Counted from the first letter of the stretch, positions 46,397 to 57,217 are shown. The stretch is DNA of 64,000 nt from Candidatus Kapaibacterium sp. (GCA_022842685.1 JALHPC010000009.1:5353-69352), one strand, 5' to 3'. Notes: generated by a model not told the origin, from the sequence alone. A program made the numbers and translations.

Positions 46397-48235
46397 TTAG
46401 GGAAGCTTGCCGTGGCAGATTGTTCCGTTGTCGACAAATCCCCAAACTTCGCCCTTGAAGACACCAAGCACGATAAATCGTCGACGAGTCGGCGTCGGTA
46501 TGAAGCTCCATGTTTCTCCGCCATCGTCGGTCTTGTAAAGGCCTGTCTTCCCTGCTCCTATCAAGGTCTCGCCTGTAACTACTGTGGCATTCAGGAGTGC
46601 TGGTCCTTCGGCATCAGGCAGTTTCAATGACGTCCACTGCCCATCTGAACGTTTGTGGAACGTCCCAGTCATACAGTTAAGCAACAATCCTCCGCGATAT
46701 GCCATCATCTGTTGAACGTTTAAGCACTCTGAAGGCCGCTCCAATTCTCGCCACGCAAAGTGCGGCGCTTCAGCATAGCGAAGCCCCTTAGGATTGGCTA
46801 GATAGACAGTATTACCAATGCCGAACATTTTGTCGACAATGCCAAATGTGTCAGGAGCCGTTATCTGCGTCCAGCTAACACCGTTATTATAGGAAGCGTA
46901 GTATCGATCTTTCAAAAGACATGCAACAAGAATGCTATCGGCAACGGAAACGACCATGGTACCAACGGCAAATGGTAGGGCCTTTGATACACGCTCAACG
47001 CGTTCTCCACAGTTTATAACGGCAATCGTTCCGCCGAACAATGTGCTCACAAAGAAGTTGTTCCCCGTTCGAACCATAGCATCAGCACGAACCCCTGTCA
47101 TTGGGTTTGAGACATTGAGGGCGAATCGTCCAGTATCAGCAGAGTGCCAAAGTCCCTGACGCCGAGCGCGAATGAACAGCCCTCCGCTAGGAGTTCCTCG
47201 TACGCCGATCACATCAAGGTCTGTGTCGGCTCTTGTAATCAGCGTTGTGACGCTCCATTTCGAATCCCTTGTAGGATGCATAACAAGTACTCTGGCCGCA
47301 GGGTCATTAGTAGAAACTGCGATCCTATCATCCACGCAATCACACGACGTTGTTCGTTTCGTCTCGGCCCAAGGACCGCGAGGTAGTGAGACCAGCCGAC
47401 CGTTGGCGTCAAGTTGATAAACCATGCGGTCGGTGGTTAGCACAAGGCCACATAGTCCGTACGCAAGATGCATAGAGCCTGATTGCTCAATACTTGTACG
47501 AATCAAGGATGTGCTCCTATCCTCGCGAATAATGATGCGGTATAACGAGTCGTTAAGGACAACCACACATGTATCACCAAACGATGCAATGAGCGGCTTC
47601 CTAAGTTTTCCTGTAACGAGAGGATGCCAGGTATTGCCGCCTACGTGCATGTAGGAAACAGCGGAATCCGTTATCGCAAATAGCGTGCTGTTCGTACTTG
47701 CCAGCTGTCGAACCGGCCCAATCGGGGTTGAAATTCGGCTCCACGTAGAGGTTGTGTCCCTAAGATGAATCTCACCGGAAGTTGTTAGCACAACCAAGTT
47801 TCCGTTCAGCGACTTAAGAGACGAAACCGCCTTGGGCGAATGGACGCCGTGGTCTAGGTGCCACGTCATACCCCTATTAGTGGAATGGCTAACACCCGAC
47901 GTGGCACTTGCGGCAAACCACATACCGTTGATTTCAAGAACATCGGACAGTGCTACGTGTTTGAGTGGCTGAAACACGTGGTGCTTGCGGCTTTCATCGA
48001 GAAAAACGACGTCTTCGGTGCTTGCGGCAATGATACGACCGCCGCAGGTATCAAGTGCGAGTAGTGGTGCGTTGGATGATAACGGTATCGTATCCCATGA
48101 AACCTTGGTTGTATCAAGGCGCATCTCGAACAATGGGTTGGCTTCGGGTCGCGCTCTGGCCGACACGGAGTTCACCAAAACAATCCAGACACCCACAAGA
48201 ACCGTAAGCACACATAGCTGTTTCATGTTTGTCAA
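46397..48235 (-). CDS. Secreted BNR/Asp-box repeat beta-propeller protein (Ycf48/sortilin-like)
   Basis: Signal peptide. Multiple SxDxGxTW-type boxes (NRGMTWHL, GGNTWHPL, NGVSWTQI, DDGGETWSFI). Confidence 0.55.
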   Translation of the reverse strand: MTNMKQLCVLTVLVGVWIVLVNSVSARARPEANPLFEMRLDTTKVSWDTIPLSSNAPLLALDTCGGRIIAASTEDVVFLDESRKHHVFQPLKHVALSDVLEINGMWFAASATSGVSHSTNRGMTWHLDHGVHSPKAVSSLKSLNGNLVVLTTSGEIHLRDTTSTWSRISTPIGPVRQLASTNSTLFAITDSAVSYMHVGGNTWHPLVTGKLRKPLIASFGDTCVVVLNDSLYRIIIREDRSTSLIRTSIEQSGSMHLAYGLCGLVLTTDRMVYQLDANGRLVSLPRGPWAETKRTTSCDCVDDRIAVSTNDPAARVLVMHPTRDSKWSVTTLITRADTDLDVIGVRGTPSGGLFIRARRQGLWHSADTGRFALNVSNPMTGVRADAMVRTGNNFFVSTLFGGTIAVINCGERVERVSKALPFAVGTMVVSVADSILVACLLKDRYYASYNNGVSWTQITAPDTFGIVDKMFGIGNTVYLANPKGLRYAEAPHFAWRELERPSECLNVQQMMAYRGGLLLNCMTGTFHKRSDGQWTSLKLPDAEGPALLNATVVTGETLIGAGKTGLYKTDDGGETWSFIPTPTRRRFIVLGVFKGEVWGFVDNGTICHGKLP

Positions 48236-48520
48236 CTTACGAAGACTCCTTGAATCCTGTCTATCAACCTACTCGATTGCAGCTAGAGGGTCTATGTGAG
48301 CTGTTGTGTGGAAAACTAATTGTCCGTAACTTGCCCCATGACTTGAAACCGCCCTCCCCTGTAACGAAATCCTTGATTTGGGGTTGTATGCGTTCGCGTT
48401 TGCTCTCGGCCACTCAACTCCATGTCGTTGTTACGATACAATGAGTCGTCGGAGCCGCTTCGTAACCTCTTACTACACCGAACATTTACCTTACTTTTCA
48501 CAACCCTGGAGGGATATGTC

Positions 48521-51190
48521 ATGATTGATTCGTTTTATTCAAGGTGGGCTCCCCACCTATACATTTTGGGGCTCTTTGTCGCAGTGGCGGCGATGATGCT
48601 CCAACCTTTCAGCGCTGCTGCGCAACAAGACTGCGACTACGGTTACGGAAGCATTGAAATCTCGTCTCCGAGTGCTGGTGAGACCTATACTCGAGGTGGC
48701 ACGATGACGATTTCTTGGAGGATTGGCTATCCTGACAGATACGGTGAGCCAACCTACATCGTATACTATAGCACGGATGGTGGTTCAAACTGGAACATTA
48801 TCCAGGACAAGATTGGCAAAACAACCACGCAGATCGTATGGAACATTCCAACCACGGTTACGCCTTCTACGCAGTGGCAGATCCGGATTCGTGAAATTCA
48901 GGATGAGAGCTGGTGGTGGTGCCGATTGAACTACGACGGCATAACAGGCGATTTCACAATGCTCAAGGGTTGCTTTGCACCAACGTTCTCGGTACAGCCA
49001 ACGTCTCGTACAATTTGCGCAGGCACGGCAACATCCTTCTCTGTGGCCACTGATGCTGAAGGACCAACATATCAGTGGTTCCTTAATGGTGTAGCGATTC
49101 CAGGTGCGACGGCTCAAACCTATACGATTCAGAACACGCAGTCTGTACATGCTGGAGCGTATTCCTGCCAGGTGCGCGATCAGTGTGGTGCAACCGGCGT
49201 ATCCGCTCTTGCTACGCTTGTGGTCAACGAGACACCAGCAATCGTACAGCAACCACCATCCTTGATTGCGGCTTGCGAAAACGCCGAAATCCGAATGATG
49301 GTGCGGGCAACCGGCGCGGGGCGTCAGTTCCAATGGCGTTTGAACGGTGTTAACATCGCAACAAATGCTCGGGATTCGGTATACGTGATTGGTAATGCTA
49401 CCCTAGCTTCTAACGGGGTGTATGACTGTGTTGTCACAGGTACATGTGCACCTGCTGCCACATCGCAACAGTGCACCGTGAGCGTTGTTGCCCGACCACG
49501 CGTAACTACAGAACCTGCTGATGCAACCTTCTGCCCAGGCTCGAATGGTAGTATTTCTGTGGTTGCCTCGGGCAGCGCACTAACGTATCAGTGGTTCCGC
49601 AATGGCCAGGTGATTAATGGTGCCAACAGTGCAACGCTCGATTTTCCGAACTATCAAAGTAGTCTAGACAACGTATATCAGGTTCGCATAACAACGGGCG
49701 TTCCTAATCCCAACAACTGTCAGACGACGGTCTTTTCTCGCGAAGTACGTGTCTCGAGCTTCAAGAATCCAGTTGTTACTGTACAGCCCGACGCTGCTGT
49801 TGACGTTTGCATAGGCAAGCCCTTTACTTTGACGTCAGATGCTACTGGTCAAGAGCTCACCTATCAGTGGTTCAAGGATACGGTTGCCATTCCAGGCGCT
49901 GTTCAGAGCTCATACGAAGTTACTCGCGGAACACCAGCAAACTCTGGCTCATATACAGTTCGTGTAACTGGCCGCTGCGGACTTACTTCTACTAGCCGTC
50001 CATCAGTTGTTAGTGTGCTCACAACTCCTGTTATCTCACAACAGCCTCAAAGCCAAAACTTGAATGTGGGTCAGCGCTTGGTGCTGTCGTTCACGGCTTC
50101 GGATGTTCGCGAAATCCAGTGGACAAAGAACAACCAGCCCATTCCAGGTGCAACGACGAATACACTCGAGATTGCAAGTGTTACACTACAGGATGCTGGC
50201 TCGTATAACGCAATCATTCGCAACTCTTGCGGCGGAGCCGTTACGAACTATGCCATCGTTCGCGTCAAAGATCCATCGCTCGACTTACCTGAGCTCACAC
50301 TTAGCCAAAACACGCTTGATTTCGGTGAGATTCCATTCGGCTACGATCGCTCGCAGACTGTCTCTGGCTTGATTCGGAACACTGGTGCTGCACCACTGAC
50401 GGTACAGTCCGTGTCAATCACGGGTACTGGCTTTACAATTGCGAATGCACCGGCAACACCGTTTACGCTAGCTCCAAACGAAACCGCCGACGTGTCCATC
50501 ACGGCTCGCCCTGGCTCGTTGGGTGCTTCTGCTGGTCTGCTCACGGTAACGAGCAACGCTCCCGCCCCAACGGGATCGATGGCCGTAGCAGCAACTGGCG
50601 TACTACGCTACTCTGTTCCACAGACAATGGCATTCGAAGACACAGAAGTTGGTCAAACCAAGCAACTCTGCGTCAAGATTGCGAACACGTCGGCCAACGC
50701 CATTACGATCGACAATGCTACAATCACCGGTGCTAATGGCGGTGAATTTACTGTGGACTTGTCTGCAAGCGTGTCAATTCCTGCTGGCGAAGAAGTTGAG
50801 GCATGCGTAACATTTGCACCTACGTTGAATGGTGCCAAAGTTGCCGTACTTAACCTGACCTCTGCCAATGGCGGTAACACCACTATCAACATCACAGGCA
50901 ATGCCACAACAACGTCGGTAGAAGACCAGCTTGCCCTTTACGGCGCTGCCGTCTATCCTAACCCATCGTCTGGCGACTTGTTCGTACGCCTTGCCGTCGC
51001 TTCAGGTGCCACGACCGTTGAAGTTCGTGATATGTCGGGACGTCTTGTTAACTCGTTCAACGGTAACGAGACGCTCTTCCGTTGGAATGGTCGTGATGCT
51101 GCCGGTGCTCCGGTTCCAAGTGGCATGTACATGGTGAACATCCGCAACGCGAGTGGCATGACGACACTGCCGTTTAGCGTCGTTCGCTAG
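48521..51190 (+). CDS. Large secreted protein with about 6 Ig-like (I-set-like) repeats, two beta-sandwich repeats and a T9SS C-terminal sorting domain
   Basis: Repeats of the type YQWFLNGVAIPGATAQTYTIQNTQSVHAGAYSCQVRDQCG. Canonical sorting-domain tail VYPNPSSGDLFVRLAVASGATTVEVRDMSGRLV...WNGRDAAGAPVPSGMYMVNIRN. Confidence 0.7.
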   Translation: MIDSFYSRWAPHLYILGLFVAVAAMMLQPFSAAAQQDCDYGYGSIEISSPSAGETYTRGGTMTISWRIGYPDRYGEPTYIVYYSTDGGSNWNIIQDKIGKTTTQIVWNIPTTVTPSTQWQIRIREIQDESWWWCRLNYDGITGDFTMLKGCFAPTFSVQPTSRTICAGTATSFSVATDAEGPTYQWFLNGVAIPGATAQTYTIQNTQSVHAGAYSCQVRDQCGATGVSALATLVVNETPAIVQQPPSLIAACENAEIRMMVRATGAGRQFQWRLNGVNIATNARDSVYVIGNATLASNGVYDCVVTGTCAPAATSQQCTVSVVARPRVTTEPADATFCPGSNGSISVVASGSALTYQWFRNGQVINGANSATLDFPNYQSSLDNVYQVRITTGVPNPNNCQTTVFSREVRVSSFKNPVVTVQPDAAVDVCIGKPFTLTSDATGQELTYQWFKDTVAIPGAVQSSYEVTRGTPANSGSYTVRVTGRCGLTSTSRPSVVSVLTTPVISQQPQSQNLNVGQRLVLSFTASDVREIQWTKNNQPIPGATTNTLEIASVTLQDAGSYNAIIRNSCGGAVTNYAIVRVKDPSLDLPELTLSQNTLDFGEIPFGYDRSQTVSGLIRNTGAAPLTVQSVSITGTGFTIANAPATPFTLAPNETADVSITARPGSLGASAGLLTVTSNAPAPTGSMAVAATGVLRYSVPQTMAFEDTEVGQTKQLCVKIANTSANAITIDNATITGANGGEFTVDLSASVSIPAGEEVEACVTFAPTLNGAKVAVLNLTSANGGNTTINITGNATTTSVEDQLALYGAAVYPNPSSGDLFVRLAVASGATTVEVRDMSGRLVNSFNGNETLFRWNGRDAAGAPVPSGMYMVNIRNASGMTTLPFSVVR

Positions 51191-51211
51191 TCAATCAAAG
51201 TCAGACGTTTC

Positions 51212-51250
51212 AAGGCCGGTTTGCCGCAAGGCAAACCGGCCTTTCTCTTT
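51212..51250 (+). terminator. Rho-independent terminator: perfect 14-bp stem (aaggccggtttgcc / ggcaaaccggcctt), GCAA tetraloop, followed by tctctttct
   Basis: Seen directly, 22 nt after the stop of the Ig/sorting-domain gene. Confidence 0.7.
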
Positions 51251-51277
51251 CTAATTGCTTCCTAACTTGCAGCCATA

Positions 51278-51976
51278 ATGTCGCAAAGCCCCCTACCTCG
51301 TTGCGTTGTTGTTATACCTGCCGGTGGTGTTGGTACACGCATGCAGTCTGCAGTTCCAAAGCAGTTCCTCGACATTCAGGGAATACCAATCATCATTCGC
51401 ACGATTCAAACCGCGGCTGCCGTGCCAGCCGTACGTCATGTCGTGGTTGCCACACTACCATCGCACATGACGTATCTGGCCGAACTCCTTGACACGTACG
51501 CTCTCGACCATTGTACGTCCATTGTGGAAGGGGGCACCGACAGACGTTCGAGTGTAGCGAGAGCGCTCGAACATCGTGAAATTGCCTCTGCCGACGTTGT
51601 TCTTGTTCACGATGCAGTACGTCCCTTTGCTTCATGCGGTCTATTCGAGCGCGTGATTGAAGCTGCCCACTCTCATGGATGTGCTGTGCCTGTGTTGCCA
51701 GTAACAGACACCATAAAAGTCGTTGATGCAACTGGTGCTGTTGTTGAGACTCTCGACCGATCTACATTGCGTGCTGCGCAGACTCCTCAGGGCTTTCGTA
51801 CCGAGATTCTTTTGCGCGCTCATGCCTCGTACGATTCCGTAAACGGCACTGTCACAGATGATGCCATGTTGTGCGAGCGGAACGCCGTAGACGTTATGAC
51901 TGTTGACGGCGAGGTGAAAAACGTTAAGATTACGAAACCAGAAGACATAGCGTGGGCTCAATCGTTAGTTGATTGA
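51278..51976 (+). CDS. ispD: 2-C-methyl-D-erythritol 4-phosphate cytidylyltransferase
   Basis: VVIPAGGVGTRM..PKQFL N-terminus. VHDAVRPF and TDTIK motifs. About 232 aa. Confidence 0.85.
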   Translation: MSQSPLPRCVVVIPAGGVGTRMQSAVPKQFLDIQGIPIIIRTIQTAAAVPAVRHVVVATLPSHMTYLAELLDTYALDHCTSIVEGGTDRRSSVARALEHREIASADVVLVHDAVRPFASCGLFERVIEAAHSHGCAVPVLPVTDTIKVVDATGAVVETLDRSTLRAAQTPQGFRTEILLRAHASYDSVNGTVTDDAMLCERNAVDVMTVDGEVKNVKITKPEDIAWAQSLVD

Positions 51977-52135
51977 AGCCGATCATGACACGAAACATAC
52001 TGCGTTGTTCGTCCTTCCGCTGCCGAAAACAGAGCAGTTGCTAAACGGCTGTGGCGCGTGTATCTTTGCGCCCACTCTGGCACTACCACAGAACCATCAC
52101 CCTGCGAACGATACGTCCCAACCTAGGAGGATACG

Positions 52136-52381
52136 ATGTTTTGGACACCTGAACTAGCCTCATATCTCGAAGATGCACCATGGCCCGCAACCAAGGAAGA
52201 GCTCATTGACTATGCAAATCGTTCGGGAGCTCCGCTCCAAGTGATCGAGAACCTTATGGAGCTCGACGACACAACCGAAGATCCGATCTACGAAGGTATT
52301 GAGGATCTTTGGCCTGAGTATGAGCCAGACACGGATGACCTATACTTCAATGAAGACGAGGACAATCCGAACGACTACTAG
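52136..52381 (+). CDS. Small DUF2795-like protein with an acidic C-terminal tail
   Basis: LASYLEDAPWPATKEELIDYANRSGAPLQVIENLMEL fits the DUF2795 pattern. Followed by a hairpin terminator. Confidence 0.45.
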   Translation: MFWTPELASYLEDAPWPATKEELIDYANRSGAPLQVIENLMELDDTTEDPIYEGIEDLWPEYEPDTDDLYFNEDEDNPNDY

Positions 52382-52404
52382 TTGTTTACGATCGACTATC
52401 TCAT

Positions 52405-52442
52405 GCGCCCGTTGACGGTTTCCGTGAACGGGCGCTTTTGTT
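52405..52442 (+). terminator. Rho-independent terminator (gcgcccgttgacgg ..loop.. cgtgaacgggcgc followed by ttttgtt)
   Basis: Seen directly. One mismatch in the 13-bp stem. Confidence 0.55.
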
Positions 52443-52477
52443 CGTGGTTACTGCCTGCGCTACCGTAGTTTTGCATC

Positions 52478-54772
52478 GTGTTTAGCCGTGCAACACTCAT
52501 CTTGTGTACACTTGTATTCGTACTGCACGCAGCTAGCGGGCAAGATGACGTTCGGTTTGTTCGTCCCGGCCAGCCGGTCGGCCCTCAACAACAGGATGAG
52601 TTACAGGATGTGCTGTTCTTTGGACTACGCACCGTACGGGCGGAAGAGCTGCTTGGGATTGTTTCGTCGCGACCCAGCGAGCTGTCGCTGACGCGCCGCA
52701 TGGCGCGATACTTTTCGCAGGCTCTTTCGGATAACGCATCTACGCCACGGCGTATGGAGCAGCGGCTAGAGCAGATTCAGCGAGACTTAGCCGATGAACT
52801 CCGTTATTACGACGAACGCCGTGCAAACGAGGATTCTGTTGCTATCCTTGAATACCTCTTGCAAAACGGCTACCGAAAGGCATCTCTTCGAAAGATATTC
52901 GGCAGGTATAAGCCAACGGGTAAGAACACGCTTGCGTTTATCGTTAATGAAGGACCTCGCTCTGTTATCGATGCGATTTATTACCTGGGTTTGGACCGTT
53001 TACCGCCTGAAGTACGCCAGCGCGTAGACAACAGCCGTAGTTTGACTGTTGGTAGCCCGTTTTCCGAGGCAGCTCTCGACGCAGAAATCCAGGGAATTTT
53101 GGCGACGCTCAAGCGCGAAGGGTACTACGCCGCCGACACCCTGCGCGCTGCCGTTGGTTTGTCCAAGGATTTTGTACTAGATACCGTCGCTGTACTGTTT
53201 TCAACCGGCCCTCGATATCGCATCGCGAGAATCGACTTTATCGAGAATCGTCTTCGCAGTGTTTCGGCGGATGGAACAGACACTTCGTTTGCCCCCTCAG
53301 TTTTTACCGAAGCCCGTTCGCGTCAGCTCGAATTCGCCGTTGGCGAATGGTACAATGCCGACAAGGTCGCGCAGTCACGACTCAACCTCATCGCGCTTGG
53401 TACGTTCGACAACGTGACAATTGACACTGTAGGCACGGCTTCGTTGAACTCCAACGACTCCACGTTGGTGATGCGGGTGTTTACAAAGAACGCAAAGCAC
53501 TATGACGCCGGCGTAGATCTCTTGCTATATCAAACAGCCATCGATAACTACTTGAACTTCGGTGTTGGTCTTACTGCCCTGCACCGCAATCTATTGGGCT
53601 CTGCACAGCAGGCAACGGCCTCGCTGCAGTTTGCCTTACAAGACGTTAGCCGCGTTTTTCAGCAGCAGACCTTAGAAACCGAGACGTTGGCACGCTTTGG
53701 GTTCATTTGGCCCAGTGCGTTTCGTATTGCTGGGCTTCGCGCTGCGATTAACTCAGAGGCCTTCTACTCTCTGCGTCGTCTCATCGATCCGTTTCGTCTT
53801 GAGTCGGCAGGCCTTACCGTCCGTGTTCCCGTACCACTTCACACCTTCACGTTCTTCAACGGTTTCGAGGGTTCAGCCGCCTTTGAACGCCAGATACCAC
53901 GTGGTTTTCAAGGGGCACGGGATGACGCCTTAGCGAATGCACAGAATGCCGTCGACACGCTTAACGTGGAACAGACCTTCCTTCAGTTTAGCGCATTGGA
54001 TCGGTTTCTTTCCGAAGAAGGTGGATTTCTTACGGGCACCTTTCTTGGTTTCACCATCCGTGGTGAACACCGCAACAACCCGGTAAATCCTACAAGTGGA
54101 ACGTTCACGAGTATGTCTGCAGAATTTGGTTGGGGTGCAGGGAAGTTCTGGCGGGTACAGTTCTTCAATACAACGTATTCCCCTGTTCGCGACAGACTAA
54201 TTGCAGCAACGAAGGTGCGGCTGGGCCATATCTTTCTCATCAATCGCGATAACACCTATGTTCCACTTGAGCGCCAGTTCTTCGCTGGAGGAGCCGCGTC
54301 GATTCGTTCGTTTGCTTCGAGACAGCTTCACGACCCAACGTCGGGGCTGATACTTACAGACGACAACCGAGACCAGTTGATCGTAAACAACATCCTTGGT
54401 AGTGCCAGTCTGTTAGAACTGGGATTTGAGCTACGGTATACGCTTCCGCGCCCTACGTCGTGGCCCGACATCTGGGCAACCTTCGTCGAGCGATCCGGCT
54501 TCACCTTCTTCGTCGACATTGGGAACGCCTATAACCGTCTCACTCCGCAGTTGTACGGCCGTATGCGACTTAACGACTTGTACGAGGGAGCTGTAGTAGC
54601 GAGCGGGTTGGGCTATCGCTTCGAGACCCCCGTAGGGCCTTTCCGTATCGACTATGCTACCAGCGTCTACGACCCACTTCGTCCTGATGGACGCTTCGTG
54701 TTTTCTGGACGCGAGAACCTAATGGGTTTCAGAAACTGGCAATTGTCGATCGGCTTAGGTCACGCCTTCTAG
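52478..54772 (+). CDS. Omp85-family (BamA/TamA-like) outer-membrane protein with POTRA region and C-terminal beta-barrel
   Basis: Signal peptide. Long soluble N-terminal region. C-terminal barrel with terminal ...WQLSIGLGHAF (aromatic last residue). Surface-antigen-D15-like motifs such as GGAASIRSF. Confidence 0.7.
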   Translation: MFSRATLILCTLVFVLHAASGQDDVRFVRPGQPVGPQQQDELQDVLFFGLRTVRAEELLGIVSSRPSELSLTRRMARYFSQALSDNASTPRRMEQRLEQIQRDLADELRYYDERRANEDSVAILEYLLQNGYRKASLRKIFGRYKPTGKNTLAFIVNEGPRSVIDAIYYLGLDRLPPEVRQRVDNSRSLTVGSPFSEAALDAEIQGILATLKREGYYAADTLRAAVGLSKDFVLDTVAVLFSTGPRYRIARIDFIENRLRSVSADGTDTSFAPSVFTEARSRQLEFAVGEWYNADKVAQSRLNLIALGTFDNVTIDTVGTASLNSNDSTLVMRVFTKNAKHYDAGVDLLLYQTAIDNYLNFGVGLTALHRNLLGSAQQATASLQFALQDVSRVFQQQTLETETLARFGFIWPSAFRIAGLRAAINSEAFYSLRRLIDPFRLESAGLTVRVPVPLHTFTFFNGFEGSAAFERQIPRGFQGARDDALANAQNAVDTLNVEQTFLQFSALDRFLSEEGGFLTGTFLGFTIRGEHRNNPVNPTSGTFTSMSAEFGWGAGKFWRVQFFNTTYSPVRDRLIAATKVRLGHIFLINRDNTYVPLERQFFAGGAASIRSFASRQLHDPTSGLILTDDNRDQLIVNNILGSASLLELGFELRYTLPRPTSWPDIWATFVERSGFTFFVDIGNAYNRLTPQLYGRMRLNDLYEGAVVASGLGYRFETPVGPFRIDYATSVYDPLRPDGRFVFSGRENLMGFRNWQLSIGLGHAF

Positions 54773-54781
54773 GCTTGGTGC

Positions 54782-55672
54782 CTACAGGCATGCCACTATC
54801 CTATTTCCCACGCTATTGCGCGCAGCCCGATACATCCCTGTAGTCGAGTACGGCATGGCAAAGGCCCCTCGACTGTCAATCGCAATCATGCCTCCACTGC
54901 CGCCGAGTTTGTCGATTTGCGACATAACGTATCCTGAAGCCGCTAGGATGTTCTCGCCTAACAGTTGAACGCGAGAACAAACTTGATAGGCCGCCGCTTC
55001 GCGGATAAAGTACTCTCCTACACCCGTGCAAGAAACTGCCGCAACGGTATTACGGGCATACGTGCCCGCGCCTATGATTGGCGAATCGCCAACACGTCCT
55101 GCTCGCTTGTAGAGCGTTCCACCAGTTGATGTTGCTGCACAGAGATTACCTTGTGCATCGAGCGCCACAGCGCCGATCGTTCCTGTTGAGCTACTATCAG
55201 GTACCTGCCATGCTCCAGCAGAGATGTCGCAGGGTGTGAACCACGATGCGTCGACTGTTGCGAGACCGGCATCCCGTGCAAGGGCATCTGCTTCGGCACC
55301 AACCATTAGAACATGATTCGTTGATTCCATGACGTGTCTAGCAGCGAGAATCGGGTTGCGGACTTCCCTAACGGCAGCAACAGAGCCTGCGCATAACGTG
55401 TTGCCTTCCATGATTGAAGCGTCGAGTTCTACGTAACCCGCCGACGTGGGCGACGACCCCTTGCCCGCGTGAAAGAGTCCGCAGTCTTCAAGTGCTATCG
55501 CCGCCTGCGTTACAACGTCGAGGGCCGCTGCCCCTTGATCAAGAGAGGTATAGAGGGAATCAATAAGTTGAGAAAGAAATGCCTCTGCCTCGGACAAACG
55601 GTTGGTAGTGCTGTAACGAGCAAGGTCACCAGCTCCGCCGTGGACAACCACACCAAAAGGAAATTGCTGCAT
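54782..55672 (-). CDS. Isoaspartyl peptidase / L-asparaginase (Ntn-hydrolase, plant-type)
   Basis: HGGAG N-terminus. Autocleavage/nucleophile region GTIGAVALDAQGNLCAATSTGG. Confidence 0.8.
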   Translation of the reverse strand: MQQFPFGVVVHGGAGDLARYSTTNRLSEAEAFLSQLIDSLYTSLDQGAAALDVVTQAAIALEDCGLFHAGKGSSPTSAGYVELDASIMEGNTLCAGSVAAVREVRNPILAARHVMESTNHVLMVGAEADALARDAGLATVDASWFTPCDISAGAWQVPDSSSTGTIGAVALDAQGNLCAATSTGGTLYKRAGRVGDSPIIGAGTYARNTVAAVSCTGVGEYFIREAAAYQVCSRVQLLGENILAASGYVMSQIDKLGGSGGMIAIDSRGAFAMPYSTTGMYRAARNSVGNRIVACL

Positions 55673-55677
55673 AGGTG

Positions 55678-56511
55678 TTAGTGTGGAATCTTACCTATGA
55701 TGGCGTCTTGGATGTCAACGAGTTTGGCATTGGCCAAGAGTTGAAGGATTCCATCAGTGACAATTGTTGGGCAGTACTCGTATGGCTTTTTCGACGTCGA
55801 GATGCTGGCAGCAACGTAAGAACCTTCGCCTCCAGAAACGACGACAGGGACGTTGGCATCCTTCAAGACACTCTTTGATATTGATGCGACTGCTTGTTGG
55901 ATCCCTCCAGTAACAGATGCAAACACTCCGGCCATCAGGCACTGTTCGGTGTTAACACCAATTGTGTTTTGGACTGGAGAAAACTTCAGTTCTGGAATCG
56001 CTGCGGTTTGTTTACTTAGCCCGAACAGTTGCGTACCTAAACCGGCAAATATCAGGCCCCCAAGAAACTCGAGATCCTTAGAGACAGCATTAACGGTGAC
56101 GGCCGTGCCGCAATCAACGGTAACGATTGGAGCGCCATAACGTGCCATAGCACCAATCGTTCCGAGCATGCGGTCGATACCGGCATTTTCGACGGTAGAA
56201 AGCGACAGCAATCGCTCGTTGCGCATTAACAGCTGGTGAGCATTCAGTACCATGTGACCAGGCGTGCGTTGAATGACCTTAACGATTGCCGTTGTTTGTT
56301 TAGGATTTACGCTCGATAGACCAATCAGGTAACGCCGAGAAACGTGGTCCCGAAAATGATGTTGGACGTGTTTCTTCCAGTCCTTGTCATATGGGAAGGA
56401 CAAGACCGTCTCTTCGTGGTGAATCTTAACGCGGCTATTGCCGACGTCGATTCCGGCTATCCCGTATTCAACTCCGTTGAGTTCAATCGAGGTATTGTAG
56501 ACTGTCTCCAT
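55678..56511 (-). CDS. coaX: Type III pantothenate kinase
   Basis: GIDVGNSRVKI and VTVDCGTAVTVNAV (DxGNT / DxGTA motifs). Start moved to METVYN to avoid an 83-nt overlap with birA; the exact start is uncertain. Confidence 0.7.
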   Translation of the reverse strand: METVYNTSIELNGVEYGIAGIDVGNSRVKIHHEETVLSFPYDKDWKKHVQHHFRDHVSRRYLIGLSSVNPKQTTAIVKVIQRTPGHMVLNAHQLLMRNERLLSLSTVENAGIDRMLGTIGAMARYGAPIVTVDCGTAVTVNAVSKDLEFLGGLIFAGLGTQLFGLSKQTAAIPELKFSPVQNTIGVNTEQCLMAGVFASVTGGIQQAVASISKSVLKDANVPVVVSGGEGSYVAASISTSKKPYEYCPTIVTDGILQLLANAKLVDIQDAIIGKIPH

Positions 56512-57217
56512 CGCTAACCACCCGTTGTCGTTGTTGTGTTGCATCTGTAAGTGTAAGTCTGCCATCGTGAAGGAGTGAACGTGGAAACCAGTCCCCTGAT
56601 TCGCCCGTTATGCGAAGTGCGGTTTGCGGTTGTAGGAGCTCATGTTCCCATTGTAGAACTATGCTCTCTGCACTACTATCTAGCCTGTAAGCAAAGGCAT
56701 CGCGCATTGAACGTCTGACAGTTGGAACGTCGACAGAAGCTCCGATAGCGAATAGAGACGTATATGGTTGTGCGATAGTATCAAGTCCTTGCTCTTGAAG
56801 GACATTTAGACCTATACCAACAACAGTGGATGCACAGGTGGATCCGATGAACTCATGCTCTACGAGCATTCCGCTGATCTTACACCACTCGTCACGTACT
56901 TTTACGTGGATGTCGTTAGGGTACTTCAGGCGAATTGTGGCCTGAGGGGCATGTGTTCGCACAACTTCAAGCACGGATAAGGCTGCTCGTCCCATCCACG
57001 CACTCGTGTCGGTCGATGATTGTGGTACTGTGTGACGTATTCCGAACGAGCAGAGTAGGTTACTACCGTACGTACTTACCCATGTTCGGCCTCGTCTACC
57101 CCGACCGCTGGTTTGTTGATCCGCAGTGACCATCACAAAAGGGTAATACCGTAGAAGATCCTTCGCTTCGTCGTTTGTAGATGTTACCGTTTCGATGTGA
57201 AATTCGACTGGAAGCAC
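56483..57217 (-). CDS. birA: Biotin--[acetyl-CoA-carboxylase] ligase
   Basis: QQTSGRGRRGRTWVS (GRGRxGRxW BPL motif). About 244 aa, no N-terminal HTH. Confidence 0.8.
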   Translation of the reverse strand: MLPVEFHIETVTSTNDEAKDLLRYYPFVMVTADQQTSGRGRRGRTWVSTYGSNLLCSFGIRHTVPQSSTDTSAWMGRAALSVLEVVRTHAPQATIRLKYPNDIHVKVRDEWCKISGMLVEHEFIGSTCASTVVGIGLNVLQEQGLDTIAQPYTSLFAIGASVDVPTVRRSMRDAFAYRLDSSAESIVLQWEHELLQPQTALRITGESGDWFPRSLLHDGRLTLTDATQQRQRVVSDGDSLQYLD

